From Histomonas meleagridis 2922-C6/04-290x (lineage: Eukaryota > Protista > Parabasalia): a stretch of DNA of 64,000 nt. The stretch's first letter is position 1. Every line of letters starts with the position of its first letter. The stretch spans positions 64,150 to 128,149 of the forward strand of contig JAANOX010000022.1 in the NCBI GenBank assembly GCA_020184695.1, in the 5' to 3' direction. Under the pieces are notes generated by a model, which saw only the letters and a program-made list of their open reading frames with translations, ran no database searches and was not told where the DNA came from. Below, piece by piece: positions 9,326 through 21,252 of this stretch. A program made the position numbers and the translations under genes.

Positions 9326-10819
9326 ATGATTACAAATACATTTTCTACTCAACACAGTAATTTAAATTTAACAGGGGCTCCTAGCGGAGACAGTAATCCA
9401 GGATTTGTAATTCATAGAAGAACAAGAGATGGATTTTTACCACGTCCTCATAAAATATTTTCAAATTGGTCAAGCGGATATAAGTTACCACTAATTTGTT
9501 TTTGTGAGTGTGCCATTATGATAACATATCTTCTTTTAATAGTTTTTCACCAATATCTTTCTATCAACTTTTCTACAGATTTTAATAAAGCCATTGATCA
9601 ATATTTTATTGAAGGATATGGATTTCCAGAACCAGAAGATATGCAACCAAATCAGCTTGGATCTATTACATCTAAATCTAAACTTTTGGATATTATTAAT
9701 CAAACATCAATACGTTATTTCGATTTTGCCGAACATTTTCCATGTTCAATGCCCATCCTATCCGAAGGTGAATTACATGTCACAATTACAGATGGTGATG
9801 ATGAAGAAACTTCTGTTATTTATGTTTTAAATAATGTCTCTAGAATTATTGATTTTGTTAATGCATCGTTATCAAATTTCCAATTTCTTTCTCTTTCTAT
9901 GAGCTATAATCTACAAGATCTTCATGAACAGCAAAATAGCAAATATCTTATTATTACAACGACAACATTTGAACTCGATCGAAATACTCATGTAATCGAA
10001 ATGGATACCTCACATGCGTGGCATCCTATATCTGTTTCTTCACTTTCGACAATTGTCAATTATCCAAATATTGCATTTTCAATTGTTAACATAACATTAT
10101 CTGCTATAGCCATTATAATCACAATCATTAATATATATGAATTATATGTTTATTCTCGTGAAAAGGCTTCAAGAGATTTCCAAAATGCAAAAAAACTTTT
10201 CTTTTCAAAATTTGATCGATGGATGATTTTTTCTTTAATTTCACATACAATAACTATCACAGCTTGCATCCTATATAGCACGAGTAGTCAGATGCTTGGC
10301 GTATTGCCTTTTTCAAACGTGATGCTTGGGATCGCTTCAATGCTTCACTCGTTTTTGATGTTCCGTTATTTGAAGCAAAAACCGTCGACTCTGATCGTCG
10401 TTAACGTTCTCTTCAAAGGTGGTGTTTCAATTCTTTTATTCTTTTTAGGTTGTTTAATTATTTTCTTCGGATATATGGTTATGGGCGTTTGCGTTTTTGG
10501 ACCTTTTTCAGATGTGTTCTCAACATTTATAGAATCATTTACTTCTTTAATATCTGTTACATATGGTGATTCGATATATGATATGTTCGATTCAGTTACA
10601 TCTGTAATAAATTTACCTTCGATTGTGGGATTCATTTATATGCTTTTATGGACAATGTTTTCGATTGTTATTATGTTTAACATTATGATTTCATTGTTTG
10701 AAGAAGCATTAGATTCAGTAATTTTCCATGCTGTGAATGAAGATACAAACCCTGAGACAGAGCAAGGGAAAATTATTGCTTCTCTTCCATTTAGATCTTA
10801 TAGAAATGTGTATAAATAA
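9326..10819 (+). CDS. Mucolipin/polycystin-type (TRPML-like) cation channel
   Basis: Six hydrophobic segments, a large loop between TM1 and TM2, pore-like SLISVTYGDSIYDMF and S6 NIMISLFEEA. Confidence 0.75.
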   Translation: MITNTFSTQHSNLNLTGAPSGDSNPGFVIHRRTRDGFLPRPHKIFSNWSSGYKLPLICFCECAIMITYLLLIVFHQYLSINFSTDFNKAIDQYFIEGYGFPEPEDMQPNQLGSITSKSKLLDIINQTSIRYFDFAEHFPCSMPILSEGELHVTITDGDDEETSVIYVLNNVSRIIDFVNASLSNFQFLSLSMSYNLQDLHEQQNSKYLIITTTTFELDRNTHVIEMDTSHAWHPISVSSLSTIVNYPNIAFSIVNITLSAIAIIITIINIYELYVYSREKASRDFQNAKKLFFSKFDRWMIFSLISHTITITACILYSTSSQMLGVLPFSNVMLGIASMLHSFLMFRYLKQKPSTLIVVNVLFKGGVSILLFFLGCLIIFFGYMVMGVCVFGPFSDVFSTFIESFTSLISVTYGDSIYDMFDSVTSVINLPSIVGFIYMLLWTMFSIVIMFNIMISLFEEALDSVIFHAVNEDTNPETEQGKIIASLPFRSYRNVYK

Positions 10820-10886
10820 AAAACTTTTTTGTAAATATGTAATGTTATGTGAAATAATACGTTATGGAGCAATTCTTTGTTGTTTG

Positions 10887-13487
10887 ATGAAAAATAATGC
10901 TAACTCAAGTGTTTCAGAAGCACAACAACAACTAACAGAATTCAGTCAAACAATTTTTACAGATTTACAACATGATTTTCATGAATTAAATCATGAAATT
11001 TCTGAAGATTCCCCACTAGAAGCTTTTCGTCAAGAATACGCTAAACTTTTTGGAATCTTGCAAAAGTCAATTACAAATCTTTCTCGTTATATTGAAAAAT
11101 GCAGAATTTTAGAATCTGAAATTATTGGAAATAAAGCAAAAGTTAAAACAGTTACTAAATTAAGCGAAGAAGATGCAAAATCAATAGCAAATCTTAATGA
11201 TGAAAACGAACGTAAACAAGTTATTTTAGCAGATACTCAAACAATTTTAAAAGATGTAATTGATGAAAACACATTTATTACATCAGAGATTAATAATTAT
11301 GAAAACGAACTTGAAGAATGTGTTATTCATGAGAAAGGCCAAAAAGATCTTCTTAAACAACTTAAAACTCAAAGAGCAGAACTTACCAAACAACATGAAG
11401 AACTTTCAAATCAAATCCCAACTCTTCAAGAAGCCAACAAAACTGCATCTGAAAAGCTTTCACAACGAGAAAAGGATATAGCTGATTGTTATGATGATCT
11501 TAAACGTATTGAAGATATGTTAGAATCAAAACATAAAGAAGGTCAATTAGAACAACAACGTCTTTTAGATCTTGAGCGTGATCGTGAAGCCACACGAAAT
11601 CGTCTTAAAGAAACGCAGCAACTCTTTAAAGAGAAATCAAATGAAGTAAATCAAGAGCAGGAGACCGTTAAGCAGCTTGAGAAAAAAGTTCGCGAACAAA
11701 AGCGACGATTTGAAGATGCAAAGCAAGACAAACAAGAAGCCAATGACTGTTCACAAAAACTTCAAAAAGATTTAGAAAATGTGAATCAACATATTTCATC
11801 AATTGAAGCAAATATCAAAGAAACGAATATAACAAGTAAAGCAAAGAATGACATTGTCGAAAAACTTCGATCACAAGTCACGCAAAAAGAAAATGAACGA
11901 GATAAACTTCAATTAAAGCTTCAAGAATTACAAGATAATTTCGAAATAAAACGAAAAGAAAATGATTCAGCACATATAAATGTCGATTCAAGTGAAACAC
12001 GAATTGAAACTTTACGTCGAAATGGGGATTTCATCCGAAAGCAAATTGACGAATGTGTTCGCGATGAAAATTCCAAACATAAGAACAAAGAAAGCGAAAT
12101 CCGAAAGCAAAATGAAGCAGAAACATTATTACAGTTATATAAGAACCAATCATATAACATTGATTGCGAGATTATGATGATCAAAACCCAACTACAAGAG
12201 TTACAAAAGAAATTATATGGAATCGAAAGTGAACGCGAACATTATGCAGATGAACTATCAAATGCTACATCGCAATATTCACATGCGCAAGAAGTATTAA
12301 AGAGTATCGAATCGAAGCAAGCAATAAAACAAAAAGAAATTGTTGAAAGTGATCGCAAAGTACATCAACAACAAATGTTATATGAACAAGTTCGAAGTGA
12401 ACGAGAAATTGCTTCCAAAAAAGTCAAAGAAGTTGAAACAGATATCAAATCATTAGAATCGATGTTTAATCGGATGAAATTTACAATCGAACAACATAAA
12501 GATGATATTCGTCGTAAAGACAAAGAACGAATGAAAGATAAACATAATTTGGATAACATTATTATCGAAGATGGAAAACTTCGTGAAAAACTTGCCGAAA
12601 TACAAATAGATACTGACACTGCAAACAAAGCGATTGTATCACTTGAAATCGAAATCAAAAAACTCGACCAAACTATCAAAGATGCAGAAAAGCAATTACA
12701 AATTGATGAACAAAAACTAAATGAAGTTAAGAAAGAACGCGACATGATGAGTAATCAAAACATCGAAAAAGAAATCGAATTACGAAATATGCATGAAAAA
12801 CTTGAGATTATACGTAACCAATGTAATCGCGGCGAAAAAGATTATGACTTAAAAGAGTTAGAAATAAGTCATATTCAAGTACAACTTCAAAAAGATAAAA
12901 AGAAATTGGAAGAATTATCGAAAATTGATCTGCAACTTAATGAGAAACGAGAGAAAATTCATAAGTTACAAAAGGAATTGTTACAATTAAAAGCAGAAAG
13001 AACTGCAATGGAAGAAGAGTTAACAATTCCAATAAATATACATCGATGGACTTTGTTACAAAGTTCTGATCCTGAAAGATTCGAACAATTAAAGAGATAT
13101 CAAGAATTACAAGCGGAACTTATAAAGAAAACAAAAGAAGTTTCGGAGTTACAAAACTTATTAAAGGCGAAAGAAAAAGAATTAAATGAATTAAATTTGC
13201 AAATGAAAAAGAAATGTAATAACAATGATTCGTTAATGCAAATAGATGATATTAAAAATAGATATAAAACAGAAAATTATAACTTGGAACAAATTAACGC
13301 ACAACTCGAAATGTATAGAGACGTGGTGAAGGAATATCGAAAGGAATTGGACGAAGCTCAAAACGAGTTAAACAATGAAAGGAAAAAATGGATAAGACAG
13401 AAGAAAAAGGATATAAGAAATAGGCAGCAACTGAAGGAACAGCAACAAATTTTAGATGAAATGGGCGTCAAATTGACGGATGAATAA
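10887..13487 (+). CDS. CFAP58: Cilia- and flagella-associated protein 58-like coiled-coil protein
   Basis: LEAFRQEYAKL...KCRILESEI at the N-terminus and INIHRWTLLQSSDP near the C-terminus match CFAP58 motifs. Start placed at 10887 to avoid overlap with the upstream gene. Confidence 0.78.
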   Translation: MKNNANSSVSEAQQQLTEFSQTIFTDLQHDFHELNHEISEDSPLEAFRQEYAKLFGILQKSITNLSRYIEKCRILESEIIGNKAKVKTVTKLSEEDAKSIANLNDENERKQVILADTQTILKDVIDENTFITSEINNYENELEECVIHEKGQKDLLKQLKTQRAELTKQHEELSNQIPTLQEANKTASEKLSQREKDIADCYDDLKRIEDMLESKHKEGQLEQQRLLDLERDREATRNRLKETQQLFKEKSNEVNQEQETVKQLEKKVREQKRRFEDAKQDKQEANDCSQKLQKDLENVNQHISSIEANIKETNITSKAKNDIVEKLRSQVTQKENERDKLQLKLQELQDNFEIKRKENDSAHINVDSSETRIETLRRNGDFIRKQIDECVRDENSKHKNKESEIRKQNEAETLLQLYKNQSYNIDCEIMMIKTQLQELQKKLYGIESEREHYADELSNATSQYSHAQEVLKSIESKQAIKQKEIVESDRKVHQQQMLYEQVRSEREIASKKVKEVETDIKSLESMFNRMKFTIEQHKDDIRRKDKERMKDKHNLDNIIIEDGKLREKLAEIQIDTDTANKAIVSLEIEIKKLDQTIKDAEKQLQIDEQKLNEVKKERDMMSNQNIEKEIELRNMHEKLEIIRNQCNRGEKDYDLKELEISHIQVQLQKDKKKLEELSKIDLQLNEKREKIHKLQKELLQLKAERTAMEEELTIPINIHRWTLLQSSDPERFEQLKRYQELQAELIKKTKEVSELQNLLKAKEKELNELNLQMKKKCNNNDSLMQIDDIKNRYKTENYNLEQINAQLEMYRDVVKEYRKELDEAQNELNNERKKWIRQKKKDIRNRQQLKEQQQILDEMGVKLTDE

Positions 13488-13892
13488 AATGTTTTTATGT
13501 TTGAATTTAAATCTCATTTTGAAATTAGTCATATAGACTGCGAAAAACTGTGAACCTTGATAAGAATGTAAAGAATAGAAGAAAAAAGCTTTTTTCAATA
13601 TAGAAAAAACATATATACATACCAAGTTTAATGAATATGAAATAATATTGTATCTGAATCACAATGCCTTTTTAAAGAATCTATCGTTAAAAACTTCTGA
13701 GTTAAAATCTTCTGCATTTTAGGCAACAAACACCTTCTATCCCTAGAAGGATCATTATATATTTTTTTCCAAGTTGTATGAAAGTAGACAGTTTTTCATG
13801 GTGTCTTTATTTATAAGTTTTTTATTGACAAAAATCGAGCTGATGTTAAAAGTTGTTGGTGTAAAATAGAAAGAAAGTTACATGTGTGATTT

Positions 13893-14285
13893 TTATTCAA
13901 TTTCTTCAACATCTGAACCAAGATCATCCCATTCATCATTTTTACTGCTATCACTAGAATCTTTGTCATCAAAAATATCTGCGTGCTGTTCAATTGCTGT
14001 GTTTGTTGTTGAGTTTAATGTATTTTGAATTGAATATCGACATGAAATTATTGATTGTTTGGAATCCACTAACGATGAAGTTGCATTTTTCATCTCTTTA
14101 AGGGTTTCTCTTAACTTTTTAATTCGTTCTGTTGAGTTATCTGATTCTAATTGTTGAAAAATATTTACTGATGCCGTGGAAGATTTGCATACATCAGAAA
14201 ACGCGTAGCTATATGGATTCGAAAGAGCAATTATTGCATGTGTAAAATAATTGTGGGCTGGCGAGAAGTTATTACTTGGGTGCAT
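13893..14285 (-). CDS. Hypothetical protein (131 aa, acidic C-terminus)
   Basis: Open frame from ATG 14285, coding-like composition; no recognisable domain. Confidence 0.4.
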   Translation of the reverse strand: MHPSNNFSPAHNYFTHAIIALSNPYSYAFSDVCKSSTASVNIFQQLESDNSTERIKKLRETLKEMKNATSSLVDSKQSIISCRYSIQNTLNSTTNTAIEQHADIFDDKDSSDSSKNDEWDDLGSDVEEIE

Positions 14286-14966
14286 ATGTCTTTTAACAGT
14301 AATTGTTAAAAAATTCACACAAAAAATCTGAAGTAAAAGAATAAGCAAGACTTACTCTTAAATTGATATTTTCAAAGTAAACCCCGAATGTATCAATTTA
14401 TGTGAGTTCATGTAATTCAATTCTAAAAAAATATTGAAAAATTAATTTATCATAAATGATTATTTTTTTTGCTGTTGGATATAGTTTTATGTGTTTTAAG
14501 GTTAAACCATTACATCATGTTGATTTTTCTGTTTTAAGATAGAATGAAATGCTTTTTGCCTAGATGTTTTTCCAGGCATATTTTTATACGAATCACTTAT
14601 TACTACTAAACTACACACTCGGATTCATAGGAAAATGAGATAAAAATTAGATACACGGTTCTAAAATAGTGGAAAAAACGGTGAAAAAATCACCGAAAAA
14701 CACTTCATTTTTTTTGAAATCAAACAGATCGTTTCTAATTGAAAAAACGGTGAATCGTTTATTATTTTCTTCACGAAATTCTTCATTTATCTAACAAAAA
14801 TTCGACATATAATCATTTTTTTAGACATTTATTTTGTATTATTCCTAACTGACATTTGTTTTAAATATTTTATTTATGATTCGTTAAGATTTTAATTTTA
14901 CAGCGGAAAAAATAAATTTTTCATTTAAAACCGAACAAGCACCTCGTAAAAAAGTGTCATTAAAAA

Positions 14967-15983
14967 ATGACTGATAACCCATTTGATAATTACAATAGTG
15001 ATAATCCATTTGCAAATGATGACGTTGCAACACCTTCCGAGAACCCTTTTGCTAATCCACAAAATGTAATTTCAAATCCACCAACAGCATCTTATGAAGA
15101 TCATTATACAACACCAACGCCACCACCAGCATCTTATGAAGATAATTATGTTCCTTCAGGTAGTGGTGGCGGAAAAGCTGTTTTTAAAGATCCTATTACA
15201 GGCGTACCAATTACAGATGAAGATCTTCGTAAACGCGAAGAAATGCTTGCAAAACGTGAACGCGAGATTGAAAGTCTCGAAAATCGTATTTCTTCTGGTG
15301 ATATTCCAGTCAGAGAACCTCGCAAGAATTTCCCACCACTTCTTCGTTGGTGGTCCTATCATCCTGAGGAAGACTTACCAGAGAAAGCACAACCCATTGC
15401 CAAGCAAATATTTTACGTATATCTAGCCACAGTATTTGTATATCTCATTAATTGCATTGGATGCTTCTGTTGTTTAGCCTCAGCGGAAAACACGTCATCA
15501 CCTGCCACGAAAATTGTATTATCATTATTATTCCTTATAATCTTTTGTCCGATATCATTTGAAATTTCATACTTTGTATTATATGGCGCATTACAAACTG
15601 GAAAAGGACTTCGATTTTTCTGTTTCATGGCAACATACATCATATGGTGCGGAATTTTAGTTTTTAATCTTATTGGAATTGACGATTCTGGCTCAGTCGG
15701 ATTCATCCAAATGATTAACTTGTTCGGCGGACCTGCCGGCGTTGCTATTGTTTCGTTAGTGTTTTGTGTTCTCGGCTGTTTGGATGTGGCAGCAATGGTA
15801 TTTACATTCATCAAATTAATAAGATATTACAAGTCTGAAGGACTCGAAAAGAAGGCATTCAGCGAAGCATCGCTGATTGCAGCTGAGAAGGCAAAGGAGA
15901 ACAAGGATACAATTGTCGATGTTGCCAAAGAAAATCCAGAGTTTGTGGCTAATGCTGCTTCAACAATAACAACCTACACATGA
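14967..15983 (+). CDS. SCAMP-family secretory carrier membrane protein
   Basis: N-terminal NPF repeats, coiled coil, the KNFPP motif and four TM segments; Inr-like TCATT before the ATG. Confidence 0.88.
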   Translation: MTDNPFDNYNSDNPFANDDVATPSENPFANPQNVISNPPTASYEDHYTTPTPPPASYEDNYVPSGSGGGKAVFKDPITGVPITDEDLRKREEMLAKREREIESLENRISSGDIPVREPRKNFPPLLRWWSYHPEEDLPEKAQPIAKQIFYVYLATVFVYLINCIGCFCCLASAENTSSPATKIVLSLLFLIIFCPISFEISYFVLYGALQTGKGLRFFCFMATYIIWCGILVFNLIGIDDSGSVGFIQMINLFGGPAGVAIVSLVFCVLGCLDVAAMVFTFIKLIRYYKSEGLEKKAFSEASLIAAEKAKENKDTIVDVAKENPEFVANAASTITTYT

Positions 15984-16393
15984 AATATATTCAGTCTATG
16001 ATTGAGTAAAAAAAAATGAATTTACAAAAAATGTGAAGTAAAATGGCGGTTGTGATGTGAACTGTCAAGAATTTGACAACTGAATTCTTTCAAATATTTG
16101 ATAATTCTCAAATATTTTCAATTTTTTCTATGGACACACATTTTTAAACGAATGATTTATTTCCAAGAGATATTGTTCGAATTCGAGTCATAGTCATCGA
16201 GCATTTGTGGAAAAAATCTTAATTTGAAAAAGTGGTGATTTTTGAAAATAACCTCTGTTATAAAGTAATCAAAAAGATGTACTTTTTATGTAATTTATTA
16301 TAATTTCAAATTCAGATGATAGTACGATAAATTGTGATATGATACGATAACCAAAACGAATACATTTATGAATCACATCATTTTTTATATAAG

Positions 16394-16765
16394 ATGAGCA
16401 GGACAACATTAAATGATTATGACGCAATCATGGCTACTGTACAAAAGTATGTTGATGGATGCATCGAAGGTAAGAGCGAAATAATGAAACCAGCATTTGA
16501 TGAAGGCGCAGTAATGTACGGAGTAAATGCTGATGGAACAGTTGCAGCAAAAGGATCAATTAACAATCTTTTCGCTGCTATTGATCAAGTTGGTGGCGAT
16601 AAAAACGGAAAATCACGTGTTGATATTATTGACTCAACACCAAATACTGCAGTTGCACGCGTTGTTATGGAAAATTGGCATGGAACAGGTTTTGTTGATC
16701 ATCACTCACTTATGAAGATGGACGGCCAATGGAAGATAGTCGCGAAAATTTATCAATCAATCTAA
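16394..16765 (+). CDS. Putative lumazine-binding / SnoaL-NTF2-fold protein, bacterial type
   Basis: YDAIMATVQKYVDG...AFDEGAVMYG...FVDHHSLMKMDGQWKIVAKIY is characteristic of the Lumazine_bd_2 family. Confidence 0.8.
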   Translation: MSRTTLNDYDAIMATVQKYVDGCIEGKSEIMKPAFDEGAVMYGVNADGTVAAKGSINNLFAAIDQVGGDKNGKSRVDIIDSTPNTAVARVVMENWHGTGFVDHHSLMKMDGQWKIVAKIYQSI

Positions 16766-17104
16766 ATAAAAAATGGTTGATAATTCTTTTTATTCTTGAC
16801 GAATCACAAATTAACCCCAAGACATATACATCGATTATGGAAATATAAATATGAAACTAATGAATAATTCGAAACATTAAAATATATATATACAATTGAA
16901 ATATTTTAATGAATCTAAATACACCAACATATGTAAATTAAAATTCTGTTTATAAAAGTAGCAAAGGAGCGATGGAATTATTTTTGTGAATCTAAAACGA
17001 TGGAATTCACTTCAAAAAGTTCTATCGAAGTTTACATGTAAAGTGATATTCACTAAATGCATTTGATGTGCGATTGAGGTATTAATGACAAATCAAATTA
17101 TGTT

Positions 17105-18088
17105 TTATTGATGATCGAGATCCATTCTCAACATTTGATAAGCTGCAGCAATTGCAACTGTTTGTATTCTCTCACTACATCCCTCAGCTATTCTTCTTTC
17201 GATTTGGGCCAAATTATCCAATATGTTTGCTAACGCATTTGAGTTCATTTCAAGTAGAACGGTTTGGCGATGTAATTCGCGGACAATGTCTAGTAAAGCA
17301 AGTCCCCTTTCGCATCTAAGTTGTTCAAGACTTTGTACAGATGCTTCCAATGATTGGTTCATTAGATTTTGGAGTTGTGCTTTGATTTCTTCGGGTAATG
17401 GATAACCAGCACATAGGTAAACATTCGCTTCAGTAATAGTGCTTGTAGCGAGTGCTGTAGTTTGGAGAAGATTGATTGAACGACGAAGATCACCGTTGCC
17501 AAGAGTAAGGAGGGCAGAGATACCATCTTCGGTGAACTCTACGTTTTCTGATTTACAGATATTGATAAGATATTCTGCTGCACTATCATTTGGAAGTGGT
17601 GGGAAACGAAATTCGGTACAACGTGAACGAAGAGCTGGAATAAGCTTCTCGGGGTAGTTACATATCATAATGAATCGAACGTTTGAGGAATACTTTTCCA
17701 TTATACGACGAAGTGCTGCTTGTGCTGTGCTGGTCATAGCATCAGATTCATCGAGTATAATGAGCTTGTGTCCTGTACCAAAAATCATACGAGTACTTGC
17801 AAAACGTTTGATTTGTTCACGGACAACATCTATGCCACGCTCGTCAGATGCATTTAACTCAAGGACCATTGATTTGTATGTGTTTCCAAAAAGCTTAAGT
17901 GCAATAGCATGGGCCATAGTAGTTTTACCTGTTCCTGGTGGACCATAAAATAGAAGATGTGGAAGACAGTTCTGCTCAATAAGTTTGTCAATCGTCGAGC
18001 GTGCTGCCTCATGGCTTATAATTTGGTCAAACGTCGTTGGGCGATATTTTTCAACCCATGGGAGCGTATCAGTTCTAGCTTCGCTCAT
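17105..18088 (-). CDS. Replication factor C small subunit (human RFC5 / yeast Rfc3 type)
   Basis: LPWVEKYRP, Walker A GPPGTGKT, LELNASDERGIDVVR, DESD, SRC motif. Confidence 0.93.
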   Translation of the reverse strand: MSEARTDTLPWVEKYRPTTFDQIISHEAARSTIDKLIEQNCLPHLLFYGPPGTGKTTMAHAIALKLFGNTYKSMVLELNASDERGIDVVREQIKRFASTRMIFGTGHKLIILDESDAMTSTAQAALRRIMEKYSSNVRFIMICNYPEKLIPALRSRCTEFRFPPLPNDSAAEYLINICKSENVEFTEDGISALLTLGNGDLRRSINLLQTTALATSTITEANVYLCAGYPLPEEIKAQLQNLMNQSLEASVQSLEQLRCERGLALLDIVRELHRQTVLLEMNSNALANILDNLAQIERRIAEGCSERIQTVAIAAAYQMLRMDLDHQ

Positions 18089-18639
18089 CTAAATGTTAAC
18101 GGCCGAAAATGGAAAATGTGAACTTAGTGGCAAAAACATTTCTGGTCAAATTATTAGCAATTTCATTTTTTCTCAATTTTTCATGTTGTGAGTGACTTCA
18201 CTGCTGAAGGTGAAAATAAACTATTGAATTTTATTTTAATTGTCTGAATAAATCTCATAACAAAACATTATTTTAAGCATATAAAACCTTTAATTTTTAT
18301 TATTGCATGTTGACATTTATGAGTTTTTGATGTCAAGTTACAAATTGTAAATAATTTGTTTTTGAAAATCGCCAATTTTTATATTAAAACGACATACTTC
18401 CAAATGTCAATTCGTTTATTGTTTATCACATTTATTTTTTGGGAAATTCGGATGAAATTCCTTTTCCCGCTTCCGTTAATCAAGACGATAATATTTGCGC
18501 CTTTAAGAAAACATCCATTCAAAAAGTGCCATACGTTTAGGATTAATATTGAGCCAAGTTAGTCAATTATTACAGCAGCATTCAAATATTGATTTGGTAG
18601 TGAAACAACAGAAACACGATTATCAGTTCATTTTCATAA

Positions 18640-18933
18640 ATGCCGAAGTCAGGTTCTGATAAACCAAAGCGTCCAAAGTCAGCATATAATGTTTTTGTTT
18701 CAGAAGCTCGCTTGAAGGTTATCGAAGAAGACCCAAGCATCGCTAAAAAGCAATCTGTTATCATGACAAAAGTTGCTGCTATGTGGAAGAAACTTACCGA
18801 AGAAGAAAAAATCCCATACAAAGAAAAGGCCGCTGCTATAAATGCTGAAAATGGTATTGAACCAAAAGAAAAGAAGAAATCTTCTAAGAAGGCAAAGAAA
18901 GATAAAGAAGAAGAAGATGACGATGATGAATAA
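18640..18933 (+). CDS. Single HMG-box protein with acidic tail
   Basis: KPKRPKSAYNVF...MWKKLTEEEKIPY HMG box; basic then poly-D/E tail. Confidence 0.88.
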   Translation: MPKSGSDKPKRPKSAYNVFVSEARLKVIEEDPSIAKKQSVIMTKVAAMWKKLTEEEKIPYKEKAAAINAENGIEPKEKKKSSKKAKKDKEEEDDDDE

Positions 18934-19509
18934 AAGAAATAAGCTGTATTTCTACCTCTATTTTCCAATTTTTTTTTTAAATTTAAATTTAAATTTTTGT
19001 ATTTATGTCTGACCATTTAGGACAAACTTGATTTAGAAAGGTATTTCTGATGTTTCATGAAACATGGGGCGTAAACTAAGAGAAAAAGCAGCCTAATAAC
19101 AACATATCGAAAAACAGATTTATTTGGATAATCGTAATTTTGTGTATTCTGATAATAAAGGCTGAAACTACGGTACATGGCATGTAGGTTATGATTTGAT
19201 AACAACTTATGATTTAAAAGCTAATGAAAACAGTGATATGGTAACGAGATATGAGGTTCGATATCCTTATTTAGCTCTGGAGCAGATATTTGAGATTATT
19301 TTCTCACAATTTTTTTGTATCGTAGAAATATTTGAATATAAATATCACCGACATTTCAATGACACAATTTTTTATTCTCAAATATTGAAATGTCACTTTT
19401 CAATAATTATTATTTCTTTCATACAAAAAAAAAACAAGCAATGGAAAATTTTCGATTTTACAAAAACATTCCGCATAAACGCACTATATAATAAAGCCAT
19501 GAAATATAT

Positions 19510-20127
19510 TCAGGTTTGTATGGTAATTTGATGTTCAAATTTATGTCGAAACTTTGCAGGACAGGGGAAATTTGTTTCAACTAACCTCTTCATTGAGTTG
19601 GGTGACATGGGCTGTGGCGAAGGCTGAAGATATTGTTTTGGAATCTGTGGTATTGGTACAATGAAGATTTTTTGTTTTTGTGCAATTTTCTCCCTTATTG
19701 TCCATTTTTTAAGCTCAGCAGTATTATGTTGAAACAAAGGAATTCTACACAAAAATTCAGCAGATAATTCTTTACCAGGAGGCAAAGCAGAATAACCAAG
19801 CTGTTGGAAAGAACCATTGATTGAAGATTTGCATTTTCCAAATAACAAACGCAACTGTTGAATATTAATTGCAATTGAGTTTGATAAGAAAACGATTCCA
19901 CAAACCATTGATCTTTTCCAATCATTTTGATCTCTTCTTTCAATGAAATTCCTAATTTGTTTCATTCTCATTATAAATGACTCTAGTCTTTCACCTTTTC
20001 TTGATTTACCAATTTCGCTGTTAAATGTTTTTCTTAAATTTTCATAAGCTTCCAAATCAGGAGCAGATAAAAGCTGCCAATGATTGGGAAGATTATTTAT
20101 TGTAGAAACTTGGAGATTTTGTTGCAT
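19510..20127 (-). CDS. Initiator-binding domain (IBD, IBP39 family) protein
   Basis: DWKRSMVCGIVFL...AINIQQLRLLFGKCKSSINGSFQQLGY is the parabasalid IBD signature. Confidence 0.85.
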   Translation of the reverse strand: MQQNLQVSTINNLPNHWQLLSAPDLEAYENLRKTFNSEIGKSRKGERLESFIMRMKQIRNFIERRDQNDWKRSMVCGIVFLSNSIAINIQQLRLLFGKCKSSINGSFQQLGYSALPPGKELSAEFLCRIPLFQHNTAELKKWTIREKIAQKQKIFIVPIPQIPKQYLQPSPQPMSPNSMKRLVETNFPCPAKFRHKFEHQITIQT

Positions 20128-20802
20128 CTATAGATGTGAAATAATAAAAAGCGTCTGCTGAAAAAGTGTAGAATGGATTTCAATGATAAGACCACCCATT
20201 TGAATGAATTGACCACCAATGCACTGGATCATTGAATGCTGTCATAAAAATTCAATGGGTAAAGGTCTCTTTTTAAGGTAACCTTTTTTACTTAACGTTT
20301 AACTCACAAAACGAAGGATTTATGTTTGAGTCAATATACTTTTCAAGATCGAATGATATTTCATAATACCTCATTTTATGATTTTGTTTTTATTAATAAT
20401 TGTAAATATTTCTGATTTTGAAATGAAATTTATAATTTTCTTTAAAATGTAACTGTATTAAAATAATATAAACGATTTGTTCCGACACAAACAAAATAAT
20501 GCTAAGTAATTAAAATCAAATTAAATATAGTTTTAAAATACGATCTAACCACATATGTCGATATGTGATATCAACACGTTCCTCGAAAATTCCTATATAA
20601 CACCTATAAATATTTAATATTTCATAATGTAAAAGAAATAAAAATTCAATTCGTTAAATGAAGAAAGAATTATTTAATTACGATATGAAGACTGAAGATT
20701 TATGCAATAGAAGTTGGTTATTTGACTCGTAAAATAAATAGTACAAATTAAAAAAAAAATTAATATTCCAACAATGGGAGAAAAAAATAAATTTGATCAT
20801 CT

Positions 20803-21252
20803 TTATTGTTGTGACAAGACGCCTTTAGCAATAAGATCGAGTTGTTTTTGACCCTTTGGTGTGATAACACGACCACCCTTAGCATCTTTCTTAACATAAC
20901 CGATTTCTTCTAATTGCTTGAGCATTGTGCGAACAACCTTTCCACTAGCTTGAGCAAAGTGTCTTGGTGCAGAACCGTAGTTCTTGTTTCCACCAAATTT
21001 GTTACGGAGATATTGAACACTTGTTCCTGGGTGAAGATAAACTGTACGGGCAACAGCTGCTGCACGGGTGTACCACCAGTTGATTAAACATGGTGGCATT
21101 TGCTTGAGATGTCCTGTTTTAACTAAGTCAGCCCATTTTGGTGCTTCGATAAGGTGATTTTGTTCGAAGAATTTGGAAAGTTGTTCAATGAAAGCATCTG
21201 CGGCGACATCGCGAACATTAACTACTTTTGATCCTTTCGCTGCTCCAATCAT
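20803..21252 (-). CDS. RPS19: 40S ribosomal protein S19 (eS19)
   Basis: PKWADLVKTG...WWYTRAAAVAR...ASGKVVRTMLKQLE...GRVITPKGQKQLD; start at ATG 21252. Confidence 0.95.
   Translation of the reverse strand: MIGAAKGSKVVNVRDVAADAFIEQLSKFFEQNHLIEAPKWADLVKTGHLKQMPPCLINWWYTRAAAVARTVYLHPGTSVQYLRNKFGGNKNYGSAPRHFAQASGKVVRTMLKQLEEIGYVKKDAKGGRVITPKGQKQLDLIAKGVLSQQ

Noticed and set aside
10737-10886. N-terminal extension of CFAP58 overlapping the mucolipin gene
   Set aside because: Homology starts after ATG 10887; the extension is only an open frame across the upstream 3' end.
19017-19531. Short ORFs 19017..19205 and 19196..19531
   Set aside because: Low-complexity AT-rich translations with no domain and non-ATG or weak starts.
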